NCBI GenBank assembly: GCA_951406725.2
Contig: OX597819.1
Coordinates: 36,146,001 to 36,210,000 of the forward strand
Direction: 5' to 3'
Origin: Octopus vulgaris
Taxonomy: Eukaryota
DNA length: 64,000 bases
Translations under genes and position numbers: made by a program
In this document: piece by piece, positions 52,136-64,000 of the stretch
Layout: the number at the start of each line of letters is the position of its first letter
How positions within the stretch are numbered: position 1 is the first letter of the stretch
The notes under the pieces: generated by a model
What the model was told of the DNA's origin: nothing
Seen by the model: the letters and a program-made list of their open reading frames with translations, nothing else
The model's database searches: none

Positions 52136-52366
52136 TGTGTGTGTGTGTGTGTATGTTTGTGTGTCTGTGTTTGTCCCCACAACATCGCTTGACAACCGAT
52201 GCTGTTGTGTTTACGTCCCTGTAACTTAATGGTTCAGCAAAAGAGACCGATAGAATAAATACTAGGCTTACAAAGAATAAGTCCTGGGGTCGATTTGCTC
52301 GACTATAGGCAGTGCTCCAGCATGGTCACAGTCAAATGACTGAAACAAGTAAAAGAGTAAAGAGTA
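51906..52366 (+). mobile_element. SINE family A, full-length copy
   Basis: Same head, core and tail as the other family A copies. Confidence 0.9.
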
Positions 52367-52941
52367 TATATAAATGAACTCATTAAAGTTTCTGATAGAT
52401 TGCGTTGTAGTTATCATTCCAGTTCTCTGTACGTTGAGTTAAAATCCTGTTGAAGCAAACTTTACCTTGCATATTGGGGGCCGATAAATAAAACCCCAGT
52501 TGGGGAGATTCTTCTCTTTCTCTCTCCTTCATTTTCTTTCTGTTCTGTCTATCTTTCTTGAAGAAATTAACAGTGGGATGGGCTTTGCCTCAAGGAAAGC
52601 CAAGACAAGTAGAATAAAATAAATTGGTTTCAATAATGAGGATCCAGTTGTTTGACCAAATGAATTAGCAGTAAGTGACTGAGTATTCCACAGATATTCC
52701 TTGAATTGAATTCTCTGCTTATTTAGTATGACAGGGTGACAAGGCTGGACCTCTGACTTACAAATACAGCCCATGCAATTGGCTTCAGCACAGTTTTCGT
52801 CTATGCAATTTCTCTCACAATGTATGGGTCAATTTGAGGCTATAAAAAATATTTACCCATGAGGCCATGGAGTGAGATTGAACCTGGGAGCACTCAGGTT
52901 GTGAAATGACTTTTTTAATCATATAATTACACTGCATCCAC

Positions 52942-52985
<44 letters not shown>

Positions 52986-53522
52986 ATGCATGTATGTATG
53001 TATAAATGTACATAAGTGGATTCAGTGCAATCTGCTTTTTCCATGACACTATTATATACTTACGATATATGCATACATGCATATATAGTACATATATGGT
53101 AGTGTCATGGAAAAAAGCAGACATTGGAGCTCAATGCGGTTTCTGACTCACTGGATCTTGTCAAATTGTTCAATCCATTTTAGTGCGGAAGGTAGACATT
53201 GAATGATGCTGATGATGATGGCAATGATGATGATGATAATGATGATGATGATATATGAAATGATCTTACACATAATTTGCTGCTATCAAATTCCACTCAT
53301 ATGATAAAGGTAATTTTGAGTTTAAAGGAATGAGATTGCCATATTGTGAGATTGAACCTACAACCATGTGGTTGTCTTAAACTACAACAACCATGACTTG
53401 TACCCATATTTCTTAACCTCTCAATGGTATAAGAACAGAATAGCTGTATGGATTAGATGAGCTGTGGAAAGAAATGATTAGATTTTAGAAACTACTGTAG
53501 TTACAAAAGAGACCCTCCTTAC

Positions 53523-53714
53523 CTTTAACCGTAGAACATCGATGTAAAAAAACAGATCTTTGTCAATAAAAGGTAAAATATCTTCATCCACATGTTTGGT
53601 GAGATAGATATGGAAGTAGATCAGTTGAACACTCATCTGCCCAACAGAACATTGTTGAAGAAGAGTCAGTAATTCTTCTTGCTTTTCTTTGTTTGGTATG
53701 ACATATGCAATGGA
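53523..53714 (-). CDS. RGS22/RGSL1-like gene exon, start of RGS domain
   Basis: gttccag/gtaagg; SIAYVIPNKEKQEELLTLLQQCSVGQMSVQLIYFHIYLTKHVDEDILPFIDKDLFFYIDVLRLK; DLFFYIDV resembles the RGS (L)xFWxxV motif; phase 0 to 0. Confidence 0.8.
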
Positions 53715-54245
53715 CTGGAACAATAGAGATTTTGATATTTATGAGCAATAGACTGGAACAAAAAGAATTTTGATATCAACTAGCACTATGAACCAGCAAC
53801 GCCAGGTCATAGTGCTAGTGCATGCATATACAGCTGCGTGCATGCATACATACAGGGGAGTACTGTCCAAATCTCCGACCAATCACATACAGCTAGCTGG
53901 CATTCAATTGGCGTATCAAGTTTCGGGCATTTTGATTGGGTTTTGGATAGAAAATTCACAAAAAAGTCACTTCTATTGATTTTTTAATAGCCTTACAGGG
54001 TGGCTGGGGAAATGTAAAGATGTGCACAACCAGCCTTGGACGGTTTTGAATGACCATAGAAAGTGCGAGCCCTCTAACTGAAAAATTGTGGATTTGTATA
54101 AAGGACACACACACAGACATTTTGCTGTTTATATATATATAAAGATGATGGGTAATAGAGCAGAACATTAAGGAGTTGGGTATTCATGAGCAATGGACTG
54201 GAATTTAAAAAATTTTGATAATTATGAGCAATTGAGCGGAACTGC
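53707..54245 (-). repeat. ~38-bp tandem repeat (~5 units) containing a 3' splice site, split by the Helitron
   Basis: Unit atgagcaatggactggaacaatagagattttgatattt at 53707 and 53745, with diverged units at about 54147, 54186 and 54224. Confidence 0.75.
53780..54145 (-). mobile_element. Non-autonomous Helitron
   Basis: - strand A|TCTTTATATA... start; 3' hairpin ctagcactatga..tcatagtgctag ending CTAG|T; AT target, no TSD. Confidence 0.8.
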
Positions 54246-56289
54246 CAAAGTGCTTAGGATTTGAAACATTCTCAGTCAGATGAAGGTTATGACATATCAG
54301 GCGATCTTAGCTTATATTTCAGCTGGTCATTGTTCTGGTGCATTTGTGTGGTGGCATGATCAAATGGAAAATTCCATGCTGTTTTATGCCTAACTGTGGT
54401 TGTAAATTGAAATGTGTGGGGTGATAAGAGTGAAAGTGAGTAATTGGTGTCAATATAATGTGATAGGGTACAGAGCAGTTTGTGTGTGTATGTGTGTGTG
54501 TGTGTGTGTGTGTGCATGAGTATGCATGTGTATATGTGCATGAATGTATGTATATGTATGTGTATGTGTGTGTGTACATGAGAGAGAGAATGAGTGAGGG
54601 ATACCAATAAAGATGAAGAGAGAGAGAGAGAGAGATGGTTGAGATATATAGAGTGGATGTAGGGAGACACAGTGATAGTATAGAAGATAAGTAATAGATG
54701 AGAGGGTAACAAAGAGAGGGAGGGGCAGTATAGGGAGAGACCCAAATGTAGATATTATACATCCATACATCCGTCACCTTTTACTGCCAAAACCACCACC
54801 ACCACCATCACCACCACCACCACCACTTTCACCATCATGACCACCTCCACCCTCGATACAATAATGACAACAATGATGCCAACTATGATGATGACAATCA
54901 CCCCCTACTACCAGTACCACAACCACTACCATGCTATGCTTGCATAGTTTTGATGGGGTCTTCTCCTGCACAGTATTTCATCACTCAGTGTAAACCCTTT
55001 GACATTTCCTTCATGAGAATCAGCCTCTTTGAGAAGTTATATGTGATAAGATGCTGTACAGTAGTACATCAACCCCTTTAAAAGAAATCACAAGTTATAT
55101 TATTTACTTAGAATCTGATTCCATCCAGTATATGGACCAATTAAGAGTAGTATTATATAACTTATCCATTAACTAATGATTATTACATTAATTGCCTCTG
55201 CCATGTTTATTAGCATGGTTGATAAACAGAGCTGGAAACCACATTATTTACATATACAAAAAATATCTGATTTCTGCTTGCATTACAAAAATATATTAAC
55301 TTTTCTGGGGACTCACCATTCAGGAAACGCTGAAAGCTAGAAGAAACAATGGATATCTTACAGGATTTGTGAATATTCCTTTCTGTTATAGGTACAAGGC
55401 CTGGATTTTGTAGGGAGGGGACAGTCAATCTCATTAACCCCAGTGTTTCCCTGGTGCTTAATTTATCGACCCCCAAAAGGGTGAATAGCAAAGTCGACCT
55501 TGGTGGAATTTGAACTCAGAACGTAGCAGCAGATGAAATACTGCTAAGCATTTCACCCGGCATGCTAATGATTCTGCCAGCTTACCACCTTAGAGTTTAT
55601 GAATAATGCCAATTATTAGCACACACTATATATGCATGTGTATTTGTATATGTGAATGTGTGTCTTTTCTCTTTTACTCGTTTTAGTCCTTGGACTGCGG
55701 CCATGCTGGAGCATTGCCTTGAAAACTTTAATTGCATGAATTATCCCCAGCACTTACTTTAATATGGTGCTTATTCAGTTGGTCTCTATTTCTGTTGTCA
55801 ACCAACCAACACTGGTTGTCAAGCAGTGATGGTGGGAACAAACACTAAGATACACACATACATGTATCATCATCATCGTTTAGCATCCGCTTTCCATGCT
55901 AGCATGGGTTGGACGGTTCAACTGGGATCTGGGAAGCCAGAAGGCTGCACCAGGCCGTCTGATCTGGCAGTGTTTCTATGGCTGGATGCCCTTCCTAACG
56001 TCAACCACTCCGTGAGTGTAGTGGGTGCTTTTTACCTGCCACCGGCACAGGTGCCAGACGAGGCTGGCAAACGGCCACGATCGGATGGTGCTTTTTACGT
56101 GCCACCAGCACGGAGGCCATTCGGGGCGGCGCTGGCAATGGCCACGTTCAGATGGTTCTCTTATGTGCCACCGTCACTGGTATTACAGCTACAATTTCCA
56201 ATTGATGTTGATTGATTTCGATTTTCATTTTGATTTTGATTTATATACATATAAATTTTGATATATATACATATATATATATGTGTGTG

Positions 56290-56870
56290 TATGGATGAGA
56301 ACAGCTGTGTAAAAGAGTGCCGATCTCTAACTGTGGAGGTAATCTATGGAAGAGGTAGACTCAGGAAGACATGGGATGAAGTCGTAAAGCATGATCCTCA
56401 AACGTTGGGCCTCACTGAGGTGATAACTAGTGACCATTCGCAATTTGCTTATCAAGCCAAGTGAAGTTGTAGTCGTGGCCACTGCCAGTGTCATGTAAAT
56501 GGCAACCATGAATTCATAATTGTGGTTGTTGCTGGTAGCATGCTCTTTGAATGTTGGGCCTCATGGAGGCAATGACAAGTGACCAAGACCTTTCACAATA
56601 TGCTGTGCTTGAGAAGACTCATCAAGCAAAAGTGAAACCATAGTCATGGCCATTGCAACCCATGAAATTGTAGTTGTGGCTGTTGCTGGTAGCACATAAA
56701 AAGCACCCATTATTCTCTTGAAGTGGTTGGCATTAGGAAGGGAGGGCATCCAGCCATAGAAACCATGCCAAATCAGACTGGAACCTGGTGCAGCTCTCCA
56801 GCTTACCAGTTCTTGTCAAACCGTCTAACCCATGCCAGCATGGAAAGTAGACGTTAAATGATGACAATGA
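56290..56870 (+). mobile_element. RTE-clade LINE 3' end (ORF C-terminus plus 3' UTR)
   Basis: MDENSCVKECRSLTVE..GRGRLRKTWDEVVKHD..LGL followed by the family tail ggaagggcatccagcc...catgccagcatggaaagtagacgttaaatgatga. Confidence 0.8.
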
Positions 56871-57666
56871 TATACACACACATGGTAGATTTTCACATAG
56901 ATTCCATTTATCAGATTCACTCACAAGGCTTTGGTCTGCTTGGGACTATAGTAGACATTTGTCCAAGGTGCTGTGCAGTGGGACTGAACCCAAAACCATG
57001 TGGTTGTGAAGTGAGCATAACAACACAGCCATGCCTATTCATATATTGAATGCTACTCACAATTTGCATATTGCATAATACTACTGACTTTTCAGATGTG
57101 TCATCCTTCTTTAATGAATTATAGGGAAAACATTTGAATCACAACAAAATTCAGGAGAGAAATATTGATTTCTTATACAAGATAAAAATTTCAGATTTAA
57201 CGAGAAAAATTAATGAGACTATGCAACATTCACAAAGTTCTTAAAGTGAATAGCAATGTAGATAAATGGATATAATGGGAGGATGTATAAAAGAGAAATC
57301 AATTAATCAAAACCTATGACCTGCACAACAAAAGACACAACTTCCTTACTCCATATCAAAGATAGTGAGCTGGTAGAATTGTAGCAAGCTGAACAAAATG
57401 CTTAGTGGCATTTCTCCTGACTTTACGTTCTGTATTCAAATGCCAGGGTGGATAAAGTAAGTACCAGTTGTGCACTGAGGTTGACACAGTTGACCTACCC
57501 ACTCCCCTAAAATTGCTGGCATTGTGCCAAATTTTGAAAGAGTATTTCCCTTCTATCATCTTCTTCTTTGTTCATTCATTGATGTTACTCATCTGCCCTT
57601 TTGTGATTTACAGATACTGTTAAGAGAAATATATTTAGTTATTGAGAGAAAACAGAGCTGTTTTAC

Positions 57667-57945
57667 CTTTAATTTCTTTCGTTGTACAGTTGTCTTTTTG
57701 GGCATTTGGCTTGTATGTATCTCTCTTTCTTTCCTGGTCAATAAAGTAATAATGTCTGTTCTGTTCATTTGCATAAGTTCCTTCTCACCAACATCCCATT
57801 CATCACACCGAGCCTGACAATGATATGAAAGAATAACAAACTTCGCTGAAAGCAACAAAATATTAATGGATAGCTGACATTCTTCTTTGGATGAACAAGC
57901 AGGGGTGACAACTTTGTGCATTTCAAATTTATTAGGCTTCTTCAG
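57667..57945 (-). CDS. RGS22/RGSL1-like gene, probable internal exon (alternative in-frame acceptor at 57813)
   Basis: cttcag acceptor, AAG/gtaaaa donor; 93 open codons LKKPNKFEMHKVV...ARCDEWDVGEKELMQMNRTDIITLLTRKEREIHTSQMPKKTTVQRKKLK; phase 0 to 0; 5' boundary uncertain. Confidence 0.6.
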
Positions 57946-58566
57946 CTGAAGTATAACTTGTTATTGTATCTCAACCTTGCATTAATTAACTTACAGTATA
58001 GAACCTGCAAAGATATTTTAAGTAGAACAATTTTCTTGTAATCTGTTTTTATTTTATTTTATATTATTTTTCACTATTATATTTCCTGAATTTGTCCAAT
58101 CATTTAAAATTCTTTCTGTTGAAGTACTTTTTAAATGGGTCGCTTCACATTATACAAAGAGCACTTTTATTCTGCAAATTTCCTTTTATATACAAGAAAT
58201 TTTTCAACGATTATCCTCTTAAATTTGAAGTGAAAATGGGGCATATTTTCTAAAACTAAAGTTTTACATCAGTTTTTACCTAATTGTAACATACCAATTC
58301 TGATGTTCCAAGATCCTAAACTAAAATGTTTACGAGTTGTTTATAAACTTGGTGTTTTACAGTTCACTTTTCCATGGCAAATGGGTCAGATGGAATTCAT
58401 TAAAGCAGATTTTCTATAGTCAGAAGCCCTTCCTGTTGTAAACACTCACTTGTTTTCTAAGCAAGGTAATATTTTCCCATGAGCAGATATGCTTTTATGA
58501 AAGATTGGAAATGGATACAGCTTAAATGAAGGTGACGCTTGTTTATAGTTATCATCAGATGTCAAG

Positions 58567-58602
<36 letters not shown>

Positions 58603-59156
58603 ATATATACTCATATTTATATACACATATACATCCATATGTATATATACATAGACAATGAGCTTTTTCCTGTTTTTGTCTATCAAATCCACTCACAAGG
58701 CTATGGTCAACCCAGGGCCATAAAAGAAAAGTCTTGTCTAAGGTGTCATGCAGTGGTACTGAACTCAAAACCACATGGCCAGGAAGCAAACTTCAGGCTG
58801 CTATGCCTATTCAAATTGTGTATCAGCATTAAGTTGCATTTTGAACTGTGTGTAAAATGATAGCTGAAAATTTTCCATTTACAGTAAAAGGGACAAATAG
58901 AATAATATCTCAATAGTATAATATTGACTAATGTTACCAAATATAAAATATTATAATTCTGCTGAAATTTTGAGTTTTGTTTCTTTGAATTTGAAGAAAT
59001 AAATGCCAATAATGAATTAATGTAAAAATTAATTTCCTTTTAACTGTCTCATGACTCTATAACTAATGAAATATGTTGTCTATGAGTTTCAATTAATTTT
59101 CAAAATAATCACTCGTTTGGTGGGATTAAGTAAAATAATTAACTGTTCCTTCACTA

Positions 59157-59503
59157 ATCGCTTTGGCACCAACCTGCCTGAGATTGCCCCTGCTTCTAAA
59201 ATATAAACTTACTGTTTTAAAGTGATCAAAATTCTAAGTTTATTTATGTTCTAAACACATAAATTACGTTAGAATTTACAGTTCACTTTTCCATGCCAAA
59301 TGGCTCAGATGGAATTCATTAAAGTAGATTTTCTACAGACAGAAGCCCTTCCTGTTGTAAATCCTCACTTGTTTTCTAAGCAAGGTAATATTTTCCCATG
59401 ACAAAATTATTTTACTAAATTTTACAAAATCCTTCATTGTTTTCACAATTAACTGAAACATAAGCAGTGTATTTCAACAGAAATATGGTAAAGAAAGGGT
59501 TAA
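59157..59503. mobile_element. piggyBac-like MITE, diverged, interrupted by a 127-bp duplicated segment
   Basis: Ends aaagggttaa; left end degenerate (taatcgctttggcacc). Confidence 0.4.
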
Positions 59504-60469
59504 GCTGTTGGTTTTTATAGAACAAAACTTAACAAAAGTGACTTGAATAATTCTATGATGGAAAGTCTTATTTCAAATATGAACATTTTAAAATTGGAAT
59601 TTTTTTTCATAGAATTAGGGATGGTCTCAGAAGGTTTAAAGCAGTTTTATGCAATTCAGTAGATTAAATACATTAAAAGGTTTAAGACAGTTACATGCTT
59701 TTAAGTAGATTCTGTTATAACAAAAGTTGAATCAAATAAATCCCTGCTTTACACTGAAGTATGCAAAAGCTGACACATAAATTCAAATAATCTTGCAGTC
59801 CATAATTGACCTAAAAATTAGTTCACAATTGCACAATGATCTAGCTTCGCCGAAAGAAGTTTCAATTTATTATCATATATTTCAGACTGTTATAATGGTA
59901 ATGATTATATTTAGAAAACAGAAGTCAAATCTTTATAAACATAGAGAATATGTTTTTAATCTCTTTGTCATGAGGGAAGGTCAGTGCTCATTATTTTTTA
60001 TGGGATCACCAAGACAGGTGAGAAGGAGAGAGAGAGAGAGAGCCATCTTAAATTAAAGATCTGGCTTGAGTGCTTGCAACAGAAGGTATTCCACTAAAGA
60101 CACCCAATTTTTGTGGTCTGAATTCAAATCTTGCTTGGTCTATTTTATTCATCACCCAGTTTAAGTTTACCATCTGATACTTGGGTGTCCTGTTTGACAC
60201 TAATATTTCTACCAGTCCAGGACCAAAGCCTAGTACTTTATCAATTCTGAAAAGAAAAAAAGTAAAGCTAATCTCCATGGGATTTGAACTCAGAACACAA
60301 TGTACTAGAATAAATATTGCGAGGCATTTCATTTGACATTCTAACAACTCAACCAAGTTACCCAGCAATATATCTACTTTGTTATCATTTTGATACTTTG
60401 TATATCTTCACTATCCATGACAATATTCCCACTCCAATTTTTACAATATTTCTTTGAAGTACAAAACAA

Positions 60470-60580
60470 ATGATTATAATATATTTCTACTTGAAAGTAC
60501 TTACCATATTATTAATATGTTTCTAGTTAAATGTACTCACCATATTATTAATATATTCTAGTTGGATGTGCTTACCATTA
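60470..60580 (-). repeat. ~35-bp tandem repeat x3, each unit carrying ATG/GTRAG
   Basis: atggtaagcacatccaactagaatatattaataat, atggtgagtacatttaactagaaacatattaataaat, atggtaagtactttcaagtagaaatatattataat. Confidence 0.8.
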
Positions 60581-60744
60581 AAAAGCTGTGAAAAGCATCT
60601 TCCACCTTTCCTGAAATATTTTTCTCAAGTCTATCCAGAGTACTTAAATCCAAAGTATTAAAGTCTTCACCAACCATTAGCTGTACTTCACCATTCTTAA
60701 AGACAGTTTTCACATTGATTAACTTGTTTTCACCGAGACAAGCT
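60576..60744 (-). CDS. RGS22/RGSL1-like gene, probable internal exon
   Basis: cttgtttag acceptor, ATG/gtaagc donor; open frame ACLGENKLINVKTVFKNGEVQLMVGEDFNTLDLSTLDRLEKNISGKVEDAFHSFLM; ends phase 0, compatible with the next exon; assigned by position and strand, not by recognised homology. Confidence 0.65.
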
Positions 60745-61369
60745 CTAAACAAGAAGTGATAACAAAGAAGAAACTGTTGATGTAACTTTGGAGAAAAATC
60801 AATAAAAATTAAAATAAATTATGCAGAATGTAGGTTGGTAGAAGATGCATGCATGACTGTGGGTTAAATAGTTGACTTCACAACCAGGATAGTTTCAGGT
60901 TCCAGTCTTCCACATGGCACCTTGAGTGTCTCCTACTTTAGCTTTAGGCTGACCAATGGCCTGAGAGCAAAATTTGATTGATGAACACTGTATAAAAGCC
61001 TGTGATGCACACACACATGCACGCACGCACACACACACACGCACGCACGCACGCATGCACACGTGTGTGGGGCATGTGAGTATATTTGTGCTTGTTTGTG
61101 TGTAGATGTTTGTCTTTGCATGTTTTTACATTGACACTACAGTTGTGATATTTGTTCATGTCTATTGTAAGCAAAATATCCCATAGCTCTATGGTATCGT
61201 TGGTTTCAACATAAGAAGACCACTCAAACGAAATAAAAACATCACTTAGGAATCAAGCAAGGGCTGATGACAGAAAGGACATTTGGCCATAGAATATTAC
61301 GCCAATAAGTGTTGCTACCTTATGCCAGCATTGAAAAAGCAGATGAGAAAATGAAGCCGTAGATGTACA

Positions 61370-61927
61370 TATGATGCCTGATCAAAATGTATCAGAAATG
61401 TTGCTATGATAATGGAGCTAAAGTATGCGAAGTGAAGCCACTTGACACAGATTGACCTTGAATGCTGTCATTCGTGCACACTAAGTTCTTGCTCATTTTG
61501 CTTTTATAGCAGTGCTTGGAAGTAAGGTGTGTAGTGTGGTTGTCTCAAAAAGATGATAGGATTTCAGATGTCCAGGATCCCCTTGATTATGTCAAGGAAG
61601 ACAAAAACTTTTGGAAAATGGTCATAACAGCTGATGAATCTATGATGAGTCTATGGCTATAACTCTGAAACCAAAGCCAAAATCAAATCTCATTTGAAAG
61701 GAACAAGATTTCAAGATGTCAAGAAAATCCAAAAGAGTGCATCAAGGCAGTTGCTCTCTATCCCCAACAAAGAGTTCCAAGAATGCTTCCATCAATGGAA
61801 ATGATGCTGGATAATGCGTATGGCTTCAGAAAGGGATTACTTTGAAGGAGATTAAATGCCAAATTGATATGTGCAATAGTTTTCTTTTTATAGCACTTTT
61901 CCTGATACCTTTTGATCAGATCTCATA
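61370..61927 (+). mobile_element. Internally deleted mariner
   Basis: TIRs tatgatgcctgatcaaaatgtatcagaa / tcctgataccttttgatcagatctcata; remnants VITADES, YGYNSETK, FQECFHQWK..W...ASERDYFEGD*. Confidence 0.8.
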
Positions 61928-62019
61928 TAGGTAAATAAGAAAAATCATGTAATACAATCAGCACTGATATTTTATTAAGTCTTTTAACAAAATCTCTTCT
62001 CGTGTTTTCTTCTTTGATG

Positions 62020-62420
62020 ACTTAATCCTGTAAGGGTCATTGGGGCAACGTACTCATACATGCCTTCTATTGGGTTCTGTCAGAAGCAACCATCTCCGAC
62101 TGATCTGGCTGGATCTCCAAGTGGAACCAGCCAAGTTCATGGATGTCATCCAACCGTTTTGCATGTTGTTTACCACTGGGGCTCCTGCCAGTTGGTTTTG
62201 CTTATAATACCTATCCAGCAATTCTTTCCCAAGACATTTTTAACACATGTCCATAGTATCAGAGCTGTGATCTCTCCATTTGGAGAATTAATAAACAGAA
62301 GGAAGTTTTGAAGAAAACTAAGTCATAACTGACAAAAGAGAGGAAATATATAATATATATGATGGCATAAGACATGCACAGCTATGTTAGATGTATCCCA
62401 ATTTCAGCAGTGCAAATTCT
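62020..62420 (-). mobile_element. RTE-like LINE 3' fragment
   Basis: - strand GHVLKMSWERIA..VL.AKPTGRSPSGKQ..RLDDI..LGW..LEI, the typical RTE C-terminus; stops present. Confidence 0.65.
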
Positions 62421-62865
62421 AGCTTGCTTACCAATCACATGGTTCCGGGTTCAGTCCCACTGCGTGGCACCTTGGGCAAGTGTCTTCTACTATAGCCTCG
62501 GGCCGACCAAAGCCTTGTGAGTGGATTTGGTAGACAGAAACTGAAAGAAGCCCATCGTATATGATTGATTGATTCTAGTTTCAGCTCACGAGCTGTGGCC
62601 ATGCTGGGGCACCGCCATATATGTATATATATATATATGTGTGCGTGTATGTTTGTGTGTCTGTGTTTGTCCCCCTAGCATTGCTTGAAACCGATGCTGG
62701 TGTGTTGATGTCTCAGTCACTTAGCGGTTAGGCAAAAGAGACCGATAGAATAAGTACTGGGCTTATAAAGAATAAGTCCCGGGGTCGAGTTGCTCGATTA
62801 AAGGTGGTGCTCCAGCATGGCCGCAGTCAAATGACTGAAACAAGTAAAAGAGTAAAAGAGTAAAG
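62420..62865 (+). mobile_element. SINE family A, 5'-truncated copy flanked by a 165-bp direct repeat
   Basis: Starts at tagcttgcttacc (A-box missing), ends (gtaaaaga)n; carries a ~55-bp inverted SINE-tail insert at about 62563-62617. Confidence 0.9.
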
Positions 62866-63802
62866 AGTATCAGAGCTGTGATCTCTCCATTTGGAGAATT
62901 AATAAACAGAAGGAAGTTTTGAAGAAAACTAAGTCATAACTGACAAAAGAGAGGAAATATATGCTATATATGATGACATAAGACATGCACAGCCATGTTA
63001 GATGCATCCTAGTTTCAGCAGTGCAAATTCAAGAAAAAAAATTTTTATGTATCAAAGTCCTAACTTTGCATATAGAACCCAAGGTGACATATTGAGTTAT
63101 TTTGGGGCAAAAGAAAAGAAGTGCATCTTATAGGCCATCAGATATGATATAACTTCTTAAAAATGTAACTGGGGTATCTATTTGTAAAACATTACCTCAA
63201 AAGGTTCCATCCAAATCCCACAAGTACGGAGAAACAGTAGCAAAAGAAATCTTAAGAAAATATTTGATTTATATAGCTAGTAAAAACATTTTCATACTTC
63301 CTGAAATTTGCTAACACTACTCCTAACATGCCTATGCATCCCTCTCTTTATGGATCTTTAACTGTTTGTTTTCCTATTTTTTGGCATTTAATTCTTTGTA
63401 CTGTACATGTATTTTTGGCTTTCAATGCTGTCTGTCTTACTTTACTTGACTCATTGCGCTTTCTGTCTTCCCTTTATTTCTTTCCCAACAAGCTGTAGTG
63501 CACTAAGTGCTGTATACAATAGGGTCGTTATTATTATAGAATGAATAGAACTGTTTGAGTACTGTTCTGTTTGAGAAGAGCCAATTGGGTTCACACTTTT
63601 TTAAGGGCTTAGTCAAAGGAGTGGGAGTAGTACCATTGACACTTTTTAAGGTTCCCAAGACTGGTAGGAAGAAGGAAAAAAGCTATCCTCAAACTGGAGA
63701 CCTCATCTGAATGTTTGCAATAGAGTAGACATCACTGATGGCATCCAAGGGCCTGGTGGTGATGTTACATAACACTAAGAGCAACAGCAATAAGTGACTG
63801 AC

Positions 63803-64000
<198 letters not shown>

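Noticed and set aside
63196-63300. Upstream exon of the RGS-like gene
   Set aside because: The 105-nt version has stops in all three frames; a 55-nt version fits the phase but has no supporting homology

Overview
AT-rich, repeat-dense animal genomic DNA, most likely octopus/coleoid cephalopod (inferred from the SINE and RTE-tail families and dense microsatellites). It is not prokaryotic, and most ORF-track entries are repeat or microsatellite artefacts. Two convergent spliced genes can be read by hand. (1) On the + strand, the 3' seven coding exons of ceramide glucosyltransferase UGCG (1332-19438), with D1/D2/D3/RxxRW motifs intact and the 5' exons upstream of the window. (2) On the - strand, the 3' part of an RGS22/RGSL1-like RGS-domain gene (about 60744 down to 45272 or 42669). 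Introns and the intergenic space hold a full-length decayed mariner, a Penelope-like RT/GIY-YIG remnant, Tigger, hAT, Helitron, piggyBac-like and 8-bp-TSD (Merlin-like) non-autonomous elements with nesting, a probable solo LTR, LINE fragments and three high-copy SINE/LINE-tail families. The most notable oddities are minisatellites built from a splice donor and a splice acceptor of the RGS gene, a 165-bp duplication around a SINE, candidate microexons and an alternative C-terminus, and an orphan CpG-retaining region with an RFX X-box between the two 3' ends. I found no convincing novel biological system.
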